Shown here: positions 39,964-48,866 of the stretch, piece after piece | Position numbering within the stretch: position 1 is the first letter of the stretch | How the letters are laid out: the number at the start of each line of letters is the position of its first letter | Virus record (IMG/VR): IMGVR_UViG_3300042922_000542 | Location: 124,001 to 188,000 of that record | Strand: one strand, 5' to 3' | DNA: 64,000 nt | Notes under the pieces: generated by a model | What the model was told of the DNA's origin: nothing | Database searches by the model: none | The model's input: only the letters and a program-made list of their open reading frames with translations | Position numbers and translations under genes: made by a program

Positions 39964-40488
39964 ATGAAGAATTATGAAAGAGAAGATAATGTCACATTCT
40001 ATTTCGTTTTGTCTAAACGTGCATCAGGCGGTAATGATATTAAAGCTTGGAGTGATGATAAATGCTGCGTAGAGTTTTATGTGAAATTTCACAATTGCCC
40101 AAATCATCATATACGCAAAGTTAGTAAAAAGATGAGAGATATATCATCAATACTAAATGAGAATCATAATGACGAGATTGAAATTATGAATATTATAACC
40201 AGGGATAAAAATAATCGACCTAAAATTATACAGATTCCAATGACTACAACAGAACGAAGTGTAGTTGATGATGCATCTAAAACATTCTGTTCTGCAATGG
40301 TTGATTATTCGGCATTAAATGATCATGTGGGTATATTAAAACCAAAATATCAAAAATCTTTAGAAAGAATTGGAATGATGGATATCATTCGTTCGACGAT
40401 ATATAATAAGTCTACAAAATTTATATCTGAAATTGAAATCGACCAACTGCGCCTACTAGCACGATTATTCAAAGGTGATTTCAATTAA
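39964..40488 (+). CDS. hypothetical protein, paralogue B
   Basis: GGAGG RBS; DIKAWS..K vs DLYGWS..K and LKPKYQKSLERIG vs IKPKYINALEWIG. Confidence 0.7.
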   Translation: MKNYEREDNVTFYFVLSKRASGGNDIKAWSDDKCCVEFYVKFHNCPNHHIRKVSKKMRDISSILNENHNDEIEIMNIITRDKNNRPKIIQIPMTTTERSVVDDASKTFCSAMVDYSALNDHVGILKPKYQKSLERIGMMDIIRSTIYNKSTKFISEIEIDQLRLLARLFKGDFN

Positions 40489-40491
40489 GAT

Positions 40492-40501
40492 TATATATTA
40501 T
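40492..40501 (+). promoter_or_regulatory. early-type promoter motif TATATATTAT upstream of the kinase
   Basis: Recurrent motif. Confidence 0.55.
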
Positions 40502-40544
40502 TGATATATAGTAATATGGAACAAAATATTATCGAGAGGAGATT

Positions 40545-41405
40545 GTGAATACATACATGCAGAAAGTATTAAGATCAACAATATGTGAATTATTTCCGTT
40601 TGATCTTCGTGTGGAGTTGGAATTATTATCAAAACGAAGAGATATATCTAATAAAGAAAAACAAACGGAATTATTTAACTTATTTAGAAAATATGATATA
40701 GAGGCAGTTCCTCTTGGACCCGGAACTAATCGTTATGCATTTAAATTGAATTCATATGCGATCAAGTTTGCAACCAATAATGACGGTAAGATAGATAATC
40801 TTAAAGAGTTTAAAATGGCTAAAAGATTATATCCCAACGTTATTAAAGTATATGAAGTAAGTATGAATGGAACAATTCTAGTTACAGAGTATATACAACC
40901 ATTTGAAAGTTTTTCAGAGATGTTGTCTCATGAGAAAGAAATCAAAAAAATATTAAGCGACATGTCATCAGTATATATGTTTGGTGATGTAGGGGTAATA
41001 GAAAAGAATTATGCCAATTGGGGTATTAGAATTGGAACGACCGAGCCAGTCTGTTTAGATTTTGCATATGTATATGATGTTAGCAGTGATATATTTATAT
41101 GCCATGCTTGTCATAATGATGCAATGTTATCATTAACATCTGACTTCGCTTCATTAAAATGTCCCAGTTGTGGTAAAGTTTATAAGTTCGAAGAGATTCG
41201 AAGAAGAATCGGTAATGATATACACAATCATGAAATCGGTGATTTAACAACAGAAGGATACGTATTAGAGACATCTAATGTGCCAGTAACATTAGATGAG
41301 AATCGAAGTCCGTATTTAAAGAAGAAAGCATCTAAAATTAAAAATAATGAAATAAAAGTAGTTATAACAGAAGAGCCAATCGACACCTTTATTATGCCAT
41401 CATAA
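40545..41405 (+). CDS. protein-kinase-like fold enzyme with C-terminal Zn-ribbon
   Basis: LGPGTNRYAF (Gly loop), YAIKFA (VAIK Lys), NLKEF (helix C Glu), GDV...NYANWG (catalytic D..N), LDFA (DFG-like), CHAC..CPSC. Confidence 0.8.
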   Translation: MNTYMQKVLRSTICELFPFDLRVELELLSKRRDISNKEKQTELFNLFRKYDIEAVPLGPGTNRYAFKLNSYAIKFATNNDGKIDNLKEFKMAKRLYPNVIKVYEVSMNGTILVTEYIQPFESFSEMLSHEKEIKKILSDMSSVYMFGDVGVIEKNYANWGIRIGTTEPVCLDFAYVYDVSSDIFICHACHNDAMLSLTSDFASLKCPSCGKVYKFEEIRRRIGNDIHNHEIGDLTTEGYVLETSNVPVTLDENRSPYLKKKASKIKNNEIKVVITEEPIDTFIMPS

Positions 41406-41448
41406 AATTATTTAATATATTAAATCAAAATCTTAGGAGGATTTATCC

Positions 41449-43410
41449 ATGGTAAACATTATTAGAAATCAAGGTACAGTGAAAGTTATTCAGCAGAATA
41501 ACAATACCCAACATGAAGACAATTTCGTATTACAGACACCTATTAAAGAAACTTTAGCTGTGCCTGTTACAAAATTTGTATTTGAGGGTGACATTGATAG
41601 TTCAATCGAATCGCAATCATATAATAATATTTCACAAAAATCAAATACTAACATCAATGCAAATGATAGATATGATGATTTCGTTTTAGCTAAACCTGGT
41701 AATGAACAATTAGTAGATGGGGTTACTAAGAAAACTATGAATTCCCAAGAACCTCATAAAATCAATAGATTTGATAATCCTGAAAGTATACCATCCATTG
41801 TAGATGTGACTAGATCGATATCAAAGATAGCTAACATGATTAGGGAATCATTAAAACGAAATGACGTTTATGGTAAAATAACTTATGACAAAATGAAAGA
41901 ATCTGAATTTTACTATAAATTGAGCAATCCTATCTGGAAAAGTTTATTGCAAATATGCAATATTGAACAACTACCAGGTGAGAATCAATTTAATATCCCA
42001 AAGGTAGATATGAATACACCTTATCTAGAAACTTGGAGATTTTTCGATAGGATGTATCATGATACAAGGGTTAGTTTCGACAAAGATCCTATTATAGCAA
42101 TCACTAATTATAAGAATATATTCCAGGTTAATGGCGGAATCACTAGTAAATTAATACCAGTACTATTTTCGAAAATAGGGGAAAAATTAAATGGTATATC
42201 ACCATCAGATCTAAATATTATAGTGAATAACATTGGTGGTGTATGGTGTTATCGTGACCCATCTTATATCGAATCCATTGGAGTCGACAGTCCAATGCCA
42301 CCACGCATGACACTGTTTGATCCATTTGCACATAATGATACTGATGAAGAATTCTCTATCGGTAATGAAGTGCAGGTGCATATTCCAATAGCACAGATGG
42401 ATAAAGTGAATAAAAATAATAATATATATCAAACTGATGATAATGATGATTACGAAGATGATTGCGATGATGAATCTGATTATGATGAGGATTGTGATGA
42501 TTATGACGACTGCTGCGATGAATATGAAGATGAGGATCATGATGATGAGGTATTAACTATCGATATACAGAATGATACAGATGTTAATGAAGCCATTATT
42601 TCTATATCAGCATGGAATGGTACTACAACGGCATTATATGAAGTATTAGAAGTTAAACCAGAAACTGAAGAATCATTAGATTGGTCTTGGTTACGTCATT
42701 TTATACCAAATGCTGTAATTGTTACAGAAGAACCAGATGCATATTTAGAATACAATGAAATGTTGGATTGTATTAGATTTGCACAGTTGGCAAAATCTAA
42801 AGATGTAACTGAAGAGCCGAATGATAGTGCTACGATAATAGGTTTATACTATATTGATGAAGAAGTTGAAAATATGGAAGATAACTTATTGCACACTATT
42901 GGTAATATCGTTGAGCAAAATATGTCGGTTGCACCAAATTTAAGCCATCTAGTAAGAACCCTTCAGATGGATAGATTAATAGTTGATGAAATATCACTTT
43001 TAAAATGCATTGGTCAAATTGATGATGATGATAATGGAAATTATGCTAATCCAGATGCCGATGAATGTGAAGACGAAGATGAAGAATATGAATCAACATT
43101 AGCATTTGCAGCTTCATTAATATCGGGCAATAATGACATGGAAGCACCAACGCCTACAGAAATTATTGAAGAAGATGATTATGAGGATGATAATCAAGAA
43201 GTGATGGAAGAACCAGATGCAGAAGCCGAGGTAAATGAAGAGATATATGAGGTATATGAAGAAGAGGAAGAAATAGTAGAGTCAGATACTTCTGATAATT
43301 GTGAAAATACAATCGGCGATTACATCCGTAATAAATATGGTGATGCGGATGGTCTAGTATTACAACCAATCGTAAAAGGTCGAAATAGTAAATATCAAGA
43401 CGTTGAGTAA
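41449..43410 (+). CDS. large, highly acidic protein
   Basis: 653 aa with DDYEDDCDDESDYDEDCDD and EEDDYEDD..EEEEE tracts; GGAGG RBS. Confidence 0.8.
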   Translation: MVNIIRNQGTVKVIQQNNNTQHEDNFVLQTPIKETLAVPVTKFVFEGDIDSSIESQSYNNISQKSNTNINANDRYDDFVLAKPGNEQLVDGVTKKTMNSQEPHKINRFDNPESIPSIVDVTRSISKIANMIRESLKRNDVYGKITYDKMKESEFYYKLSNPIWKSLLQICNIEQLPGENQFNIPKVDMNTPYLETWRFFDRMYHDTRVSFDKDPIIAITNYKNIFQVNGGITSKLIPVLFSKIGEKLNGISPSDLNIIVNNIGGVWCYRDPSYIESIGVDSPMPPRMTLFDPFAHNDTDEEFSIGNEVQVHIPIAQMDKVNKNNNIYQTDDNDDYEDDCDDESDYDEDCDDYDDCCDEYEDEDHDDEVLTIDIQNDTDVNEAIISISAWNGTTTALYEVLEVKPETEESLDWSWLRHFIPNAVIVTEEPDAYLEYNEMLDCIRFAQLAKSKDVTEEPNDSATIIGLYYIDEEVENMEDNLLHTIGNIVEQNMSVAPNLSHLVRTLQMDRLIVDEISLLKCIGQIDDDDNGNYANPDADECEDEDEEYESTLAFAASLISGNNDMEAPTPTEIIEEDDYEDDNQEVMEEPDAEAEVNEEIYEVYEEEEEIVESDTSDNCENTIGDYIRNKYGDADGLVLQPIVKGRNSKYQDVE

Positions 43411-43421
43411 AAACATTAATG

Positions 43422-43453
43422 TACACAGGGTTCTATTACCAGAACCCTGTGTA
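43422..43453 (+). terminator. intrinsic terminator
   Basis: TACACAGGGTTCT-attacc-AGAACCCTGTGTA followed by a T-rich run. Confidence 0.8.
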
Positions 43454-43489
43454 AATTATTATTTTTTGAAAGGGGAAGTGACATTATAT

Positions 43490-44152
43490 ATGTTATTTAG
43501 GATTAACCATGAAAACTTTATATATCATATGATTGATTATTTTACTAGAGAAGAAATAACAAATTTATCATATATGATAATAAGTGCTTCCATTCGTAAT
43601 CAAGGTACACAGCCAAACATTGTTAAATGTAATGATTTATATCCTTCTAGTGATGATGCAATATCGAATTATATTCAACTTGAGGATAAAAAATTATTTC
43701 ATAAAACATATTATAGGGAATTAAAGCAGACTGAAAATATAATATATCAGGCAATTATTGATCCTATATTGAAGCATCGACATAATATTGTATTAATATG
43801 TGCTGAGCGTGAAGATATGTATATTGACGTCCTATGCGACTTTTTAAAACAAGAATTCGCTTTAAAGACCGTCGATCTAAATAAATTATTCGATGAGGGT
43901 GAAACTGATATATTTGTTATAGATAAAACCGAAGTTAACAACAAATCCATAGAAATAAAACGTAATGCAGTGCGTGAAAGTATCAGAAGTAGAGAACAAA
44001 CCCCAGATGGTCGTGCACATTTATTGTCATTAATGGCAAAAGAAGATAAATTGAAGAAATTAAAATCACTCGGCATTAAAGTGGATAAATCAATGAAAGA
44101 TTCAGAATTAACTGAATTATTGAAAGATGAGTGGGTGGCATCTGGGGAATAG
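43490..44152 (+). CDS. hypothetical protein
   Basis: In-frame ATG after the terminator and AGGGG RBS; ORF-track start 43403 overlaps the terminator. Confidence 0.65.
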   Translation: MLFRINHENFIYHMIDYFTREEITNLSYMIISASIRNQGTQPNIVKCNDLYPSSDDAISNYIQLEDKKLFHKTYYRELKQTENIIYQAIIDPILKHRHNIVLICAEREDMYIDVLCDFLKQEFALKTVDLNKLFDEGETDIFVIDKTEVNNKSIEIKRNAVRESIRSREQTPDGRAHLLSLMAKEDKLKKLKSLGIKVDKSMKDSELTELLKDEWVASGE

Positions 44153-44219
44153 ATAATATTCCTCGGATCCATCTTTTTTTTGTATTTATTACCTGAAACA
44201 GAAGCATAATGAATATGTA

Positions 44220-44231
44220 AACATAACACTA
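44220..44231 (+). promoter_or_regulatory. late-type promoter AACA-TAACAC-TA
   Basis: Exact AACA-N6-TA upstream of the head operon, after a hairpin/T-tract at 44141-44181. Confidence 0.55.
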
Positions 44232-44268
44232 AAAAATATTTTTTATAAAGATAAGGAGAGATAATCAT

Positions 44269-46125
44269 ATGATTACTGTAAATTCTAAAACAAATAAAAA
44301 CCCGTCATCAGGTGATGAAAATTTTAATGAATTTAAATTACCAGAAGCAATGCAAGTTAAAAATGATGGGCTTGAAAAAATGGATAAACATGCAGAGCAA
44401 ATTCAAAAGGATATTAAACCTGTGGGGGATTGGGCGGATTTATTGAATACAACAACCGACAGCGTTACCAATGCAATAAATTCTGCTACAACTGATCGTC
44501 GTTCAATTATAGCCAGAGCTAAAAATTCAATAATACAATTTCCAATATACATAGTTGACAATGTTAATATTAGTGCAGCTCATATAGTCGCTAAAGCATT
44601 TGAACGTGTATATGCTTCATTTGTACAAACGGTATTATCACAGTATCCGGTAGTAGACGAAAATTCTATAAATGACTTAGCATTTTTAAAACAATTCCAT
44701 ACAAATATAAGAGAATCTGCAAATTCATTATTCAATGAATATTATCAACCAATTGATGATTTTGATGAAATTATGCAGGAAAGTATATCTAATACAGTAT
44801 TATGCGAAGATGGTATTATGGCAAATTTCAATGTCGCTCCATGCACCAATAGTTATCTTATTGCCGAAAATGCAAGACTACTAAATGAGCCATTACAGGG
44901 ATTTGAAAATTACTTCATCGAAGCTAAAATGAATGATGCTGCTAACCTTAAGAAACTAGATTCTGATAGACAGGATGTTAGATCGACACATGATCCACAG
45001 GGTGATATAATAGCGGGTATGAACGAGCAAGATGTTCTTGCATTATTCGATCAGAAGGAACCCGTAGAACCGAAGGAACCTACAAAAAATACACTTCCTC
45101 CAGAACCCAAATTTTTTATTAGAGATGGTGAAGAGAAGTCAGAGGCTCAAATTAGACATGCTAAAGATCTTGCTGAATATAATGCAATTGTTGATGAAAA
45201 AATGGGTGAATATGAAGATGCGGTTATTGCCTATAAAGATGCATTAGAAAAGTATGGTGCTGATAAGGAAATATTCCTTCAAAGTATAAAAGATGGCGTA
45301 AAGGTTGTATATAATAAAGATGGTGCACCAGTATTATATAATAAGGAAAAAGATCAATTCTATGTTATTAAACCTGGCGTACACAAAATCACTACATCTT
45401 CACGACAAGTATCTGCTGAATTTAAAGCACCTGCTATGTTAAGAGACTCAGATATTAAAAAGATAAATGGTATGTTGCCATATACATTTGATGCTAGTTT
45501 TACAATAAAGAGTAAAACTACTCCTATCAACAATATAGTGCATTATATAATTGGAGTGAAGTCTGTTCTTCATCTAATTAAGGCGAATGATCTTAGTGAA
45601 GAACTTCAAGGTCTAGTTACCGGGGATATCAAGAATTTACAAAAGGTTCGTTATAAAACTGGCGAAATTGCATTCTGGAAAGATTACATATTCAGAAAAG
45701 GTGAACTTAAGAGAGATGCATCTAAACAATTAGATAGCGGCAAGAGATGGATAAATACTCTTAAACAATTATCGCAATATAATAAAGAATATGGTAGCTT
45801 ACTAGATAAACCTGCCTCTCTATTGGCCGGTGGAGATATTCCAATTCCTAATGCCACATTAATTTTAACACAACCTGTTGTACAAAAAATGAAAAATGAA
45901 ACTGGTATTAATTTGGAAGATGTTGCTATGGCTAAAAAATTAGCAAAAAATTTATTCTTGATATCGATTGTAATTCTTGACTCATCTGCAGGTAATATGA
46001 AAGTACTATTTACTGATACAAATAATGCCTGGGACATTCAATCGTTAGCATCTATAGAAACAGAAATTGCTAAGACTGATAATAGCAATTTGATAAAAGA
46101 GCTCAATCAGATTATAAATAAATAA
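44269..46125 (+). CDS. putative head/inner-head structural protein
   Basis: First gene of the operon containing the prohead protease; several hydrophobic-X-E-(S/A/D/N) sites. Confidence 0.5.
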   Translation: MITVNSKTNKNPSSGDENFNEFKLPEAMQVKNDGLEKMDKHAEQIQKDIKPVGDWADLLNTTTDSVTNAINSATTDRRSIIARAKNSIIQFPIYIVDNVNISAAHIVAKAFERVYASFVQTVLSQYPVVDENSINDLAFLKQFHTNIRESANSLFNEYYQPIDDFDEIMQESISNTVLCEDGIMANFNVAPCTNSYLIAENARLLNEPLQGFENYFIEAKMNDAANLKKLDSDRQDVRSTHDPQGDIIAGMNEQDVLALFDQKEPVEPKEPTKNTLPPEPKFFIRDGEEKSEAQIRHAKDLAEYNAIVDEKMGEYEDAVIAYKDALEKYGADKEIFLQSIKDGVKVVYNKDGAPVLYNKEKDQFYVIKPGVHKITTSSRQVSAEFKAPAMLRDSDIKKINGMLPYTFDASFTIKSKTTPINNIVHYIIGVKSVLHLIKANDLSEELQGLVTGDIKNLQKVRYKTGEIAFWKDYIFRKGELKRDASKQLDSGKRWINTLKQLSQYNKEYGSLLDKPASLLAGGDIPIPNATLILTQPVVQKMKNETGINLEDVAMAKKLAKNLFLISIVILDSSAGNMKVLFTDTNNAWDIQSLASIETEIAKTDNSNLIKELNQIINK

Positions 46126-46149
46126 AAAATTCATGCTAGGAGAATTATT

Positions 46150-47202
46150 ATGAATAACGAATATAAAATATCAAATGATTTTTATGAAATCATTTCTGGT
46201 ACCAATAATAAAACATTACCAGTATATACTGAAGCTGTTAATGCAACAGAATCTGATGATAAAAAATCTTTATTATTCATCAAAAAATTTTTAAGATCAA
46301 TTGGTAGGGTTGCACCTGATGGAAGAATAAAAAATACAGATATATCTAAAAGTAAAGGAAATATTAAAACATTCAATAAATATAAAGAGCTGGATGAATC
46401 GTTCAAATTACTTGAAAAATATATTCCAAAAAATGCCGAATTTAAATCATTAAAAAATATAAAGGCTAAATTAGAAGAAAATGCAGAATACTATATAGAA
46501 TCATATAGAAGAAATATAGATATTCTAATTATGGAATATGAAGCATCAATGTATTTATTGACTGAAGGTTTAGGATTTGTCATCGTAACATATATTACCG
46601 TAGAAAATACTAAGCTCGGTTTGACAATAAAACCTAATGCATCTGCAGCAATGAACAGAGGTATTATATTTAAATTGATTACCGATTTAGATAAAGAATT
46701 ATCCAGTGCAAATCATACTAACTATATCAAAGAATTTATTAATATGGATAAAACCGGTGTAGTTAAAGAGGCTGCAGGTGATGCTACAGTAGCAACAATT
46801 GAATTGATCACAACAATCTTCAATCAAAGTGCAAACATATTTAAACGAGGGAAATATGCAATTAAAGTATTCATTAAATCTATTTTTGGTATACTTCCTC
46901 TTATAAGATCTATTATATATTTACATTACAAACGCAAGGCGGATCAGATTAACTCATTAGAAGTAAATGCTCAGTTTATACAATTGAATATTGAAATGCT
47001 TAAAAATAGGACCAATATAGATCCTAATAAGAAAGCAGAAATAATTAAGAAACAGGAAGCTAAAGTATCAGCATATTTAAAGAGAGCTGAAAAATTGAGA
47101 GCTGAACTTGTTGACACGGAAAAAGACACTGCTGCATCACTGGAGGATGATAATAAAATTATGTCTAAACCTTCGAATGATGATGATTTCATTTTAGATT
47201 AA
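46150..47202 (+). CDS. putative head/inner-head protein
   Basis: Same operon; VYTEA, ATES and VKEA motifs. Confidence 0.5.
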   Translation: MNNEYKISNDFYEIISGTNNKTLPVYTEAVNATESDDKKSLLFIKKFLRSIGRVAPDGRIKNTDISKSKGNIKTFNKYKELDESFKLLEKYIPKNAEFKSLKNIKAKLEENAEYYIESYRRNIDILIMEYEASMYLLTEGLGFVIVTYITVENTKLGLTIKPNASAAMNRGIIFKLITDLDKELSSANHTNYIKEFINMDKTGVVKEAAGDATVATIELITTIFNQSANIFKRGKYAIKVFIKSIFGILPLIRSIIYLHYKRKADQINSLEVNAQFIQLNIEMLKNRTNIDPNKKAEIIKKQEAKVSAYLKRAEKLRAELVDTEKDTAASLEDDNKIMSKPSNDDDFILD

Positions 47203-47221
47203 AAGAAAGGAAGTAGATTAT

Positions 47222-48085
47222 ATGACAGGAAATTTATCAACTCTTTGTTATATAAGCGAGCAAACATCTTTCGCTGAAGATTACAAAGATTTTGGATATA
47301 AAGTACATGATCGTGGCAACCGATTCTTTTTAACATTCGATGCTACATTACAATCATTCGGTATAAAAAATCGTAATAAGAGAGTATATGAATCGGCTAA
47401 TATTTTAAATAGGATTGAACAAGATGATTTTATACAATCTATGCTAAAACAGCAATCATGGATAGGCGAGATCGATCATCCAGGATCAACAATTGAAGGA
47501 CAAGATTTAACTCAGAACCGTATTGGAAATCCTGATCCAAAAATGTCTTCTCATTTTATCAGAAAACCTTGGCTAGTCGGAAATTTATTGAAAGCTCCGA
47601 TTCAAACGGATTCTTCAAATGAGCATGGAATGAATATGGCAATCAAGATTGTCGATGGAAAGATAGTGCCAGCATTTAGTGCAAGGGTATTTGGTGAATT
47701 AATTAATAAATTGGGTGTTCCTACTGTTATCGTTAAAAGATTAATAACATATGATTGGGTAATGTACCCATCTCACCCAGAAGCACTCGCAGATATTAAA
47801 CCTGGTATATTAACTGAATCTACCAATATGATTGAGGGTGCTATGAATGGAACGATAATATTCATAAAAGAATTGGCGAAAATGGCCGCAAACAATTCTA
47901 AAGAAACTGAATGGTTGTGCGAATCATTCGGATTGACGATTGATAATATCATTGGTATTAATGATACTGGCGATTCTATTATTATTCAAGAAAATAAGAA
48001 TATATACGCCCAGCCGATATCTGATAAATTCATACGTGAAAAGACCAAAAATCAATTATCTGACTTTTTAGGAAGGAGAGTTTAA
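47222..48085 (+). CDS. prohead maturation protease, T4 gp21 / phiKZ gp175 type
   Basis: LQSF..KNRNKRVY, WIGEIDHP (His), PAFSAR (Ser), ITYDWV.YPS. Confidence 0.88.
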   Translation: MTGNLSTLCYISEQTSFAEDYKDFGYKVHDRGNRFFLTFDATLQSFGIKNRNKRVYESANILNRIEQDDFIQSMLKQQSWIGEIDHPGSTIEGQDLTQNRIGNPDPKMSSHFIRKPWLVGNLLKAPIQTDSSNEHGMNMAIKIVDGKIVPAFSARVFGELINKLGVPTVIVKRLITYDWVMYPSHPEALADIKPGILTESTNMIEGAMNGTIIFIKELAKMAANNSKETEWLCESFGLTIDNIIGINDTGDSIIIQENKNIYAQPISDKFIREKTKNQLSDFLGRRV

Positions 48086-48087
48086 AC

Positions 48088-48651
48088 ATGATTATAGATA
48101 AAGCCCTTCAGACATTTAAGGAAACATATGATAGAGAAGCTATTGAATCAATAGTTCAATTATCTGAGGATAGATCTTTGTATAAATCGTCATTCAAAGG
48201 ATTTAATATTCAAGAAGCTGTTAATAAATTTATAACATATTTAAATGGATATGCTGAATATCGTATTGAAAATGTTGATAAAACGGAAGTCATGGATAAT
48301 AATACCATTACGGAACATACAAAATCTTTCATTAAGAATAAATCAAATGATAATATTTTATTTGAAGAAGCAGTGATCCCATTTAATGATTCAACAAAAT
48401 TTATTCAAGAGTATTTTGAATGTATTGGACTATTAATTGAATCTGTTAATAAAAATCAGACGATTCTGATGGAATCAATAGATGATTCTGAAAGCAGTGG
48501 CTGCATATTAAAATTCACAGAAATGTTCTTGGAAGACGTTAATGAACGAATTCATCCAATAATGGAATACTTACTTCAAAGCAGTGGATATTATTCTAGA
48601 AAACGTTTACGTGCACCATCCGTAAAAAAGGAACAAAATTTTTTCTTATAA
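48088..48651 (+). CDS. hypothetical (probable head-associated) protein
   Basis: Last gene of the protease operon. Confidence 0.6.
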   Translation: MIIDKALQTFKETYDREAIESIVQLSEDRSLYKSSFKGFNIQEAVNKFITYLNGYAEYRIENVDKTEVMDNNTITEHTKSFIKNKSNDNILFEEAVIPFNDSTKFIQEYFECIGLLIESVNKNQTILMESIDDSESSGCILKFTEMFLEDVNERIHPIMEYLLQSSGYYSRKRLRAPSVKKEQNFFL

Positions 48652-48658
48652 AAGATAA

Positions 48659-48694
48659 AATAATAGGATGGGGCTTTAACCCCATCCTATTATT
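48659..48694. terminator. intrinsic terminator
   Basis: AATAATAGGATGGGG-ctttaa-CCCCATCCTATTATT perfect 15-bp stem. Confidence 0.85.
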
Positions 48695-48866
48695 TATTAA
48701 AACAACTATACTCGTTTCAAATGATTATTGATGGAACCAAATTCATAATGAATATTATTCACATAATGATAGATTGATATTTTTTAGTAATGACAATAAT
48801 ATATTTATATCATACTTATCAATTGTAAGTTACATTGTTCTAAATAAAAATAAATATGGGAGTTGA

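Noticed and set aside
41449-43410. Acidic protein as a PASK-type polyphosphorylation target of PPK1-made polyP
   Set aside because: The acidic tracts have almost no lysine, which PASK motifs require
43403-43489. ORF-track TTG start of the 249-aa protein
   Set aside because: It overlaps a clear terminator hairpin (43422-43453); the RBS lies downstream
45040-45300. EPVEPKEP / AEY..YKDALEKY segment resembling streptococcal antigen I/II repeats
   Set aside because: Single short low-complexity stretch; similarity is compositional
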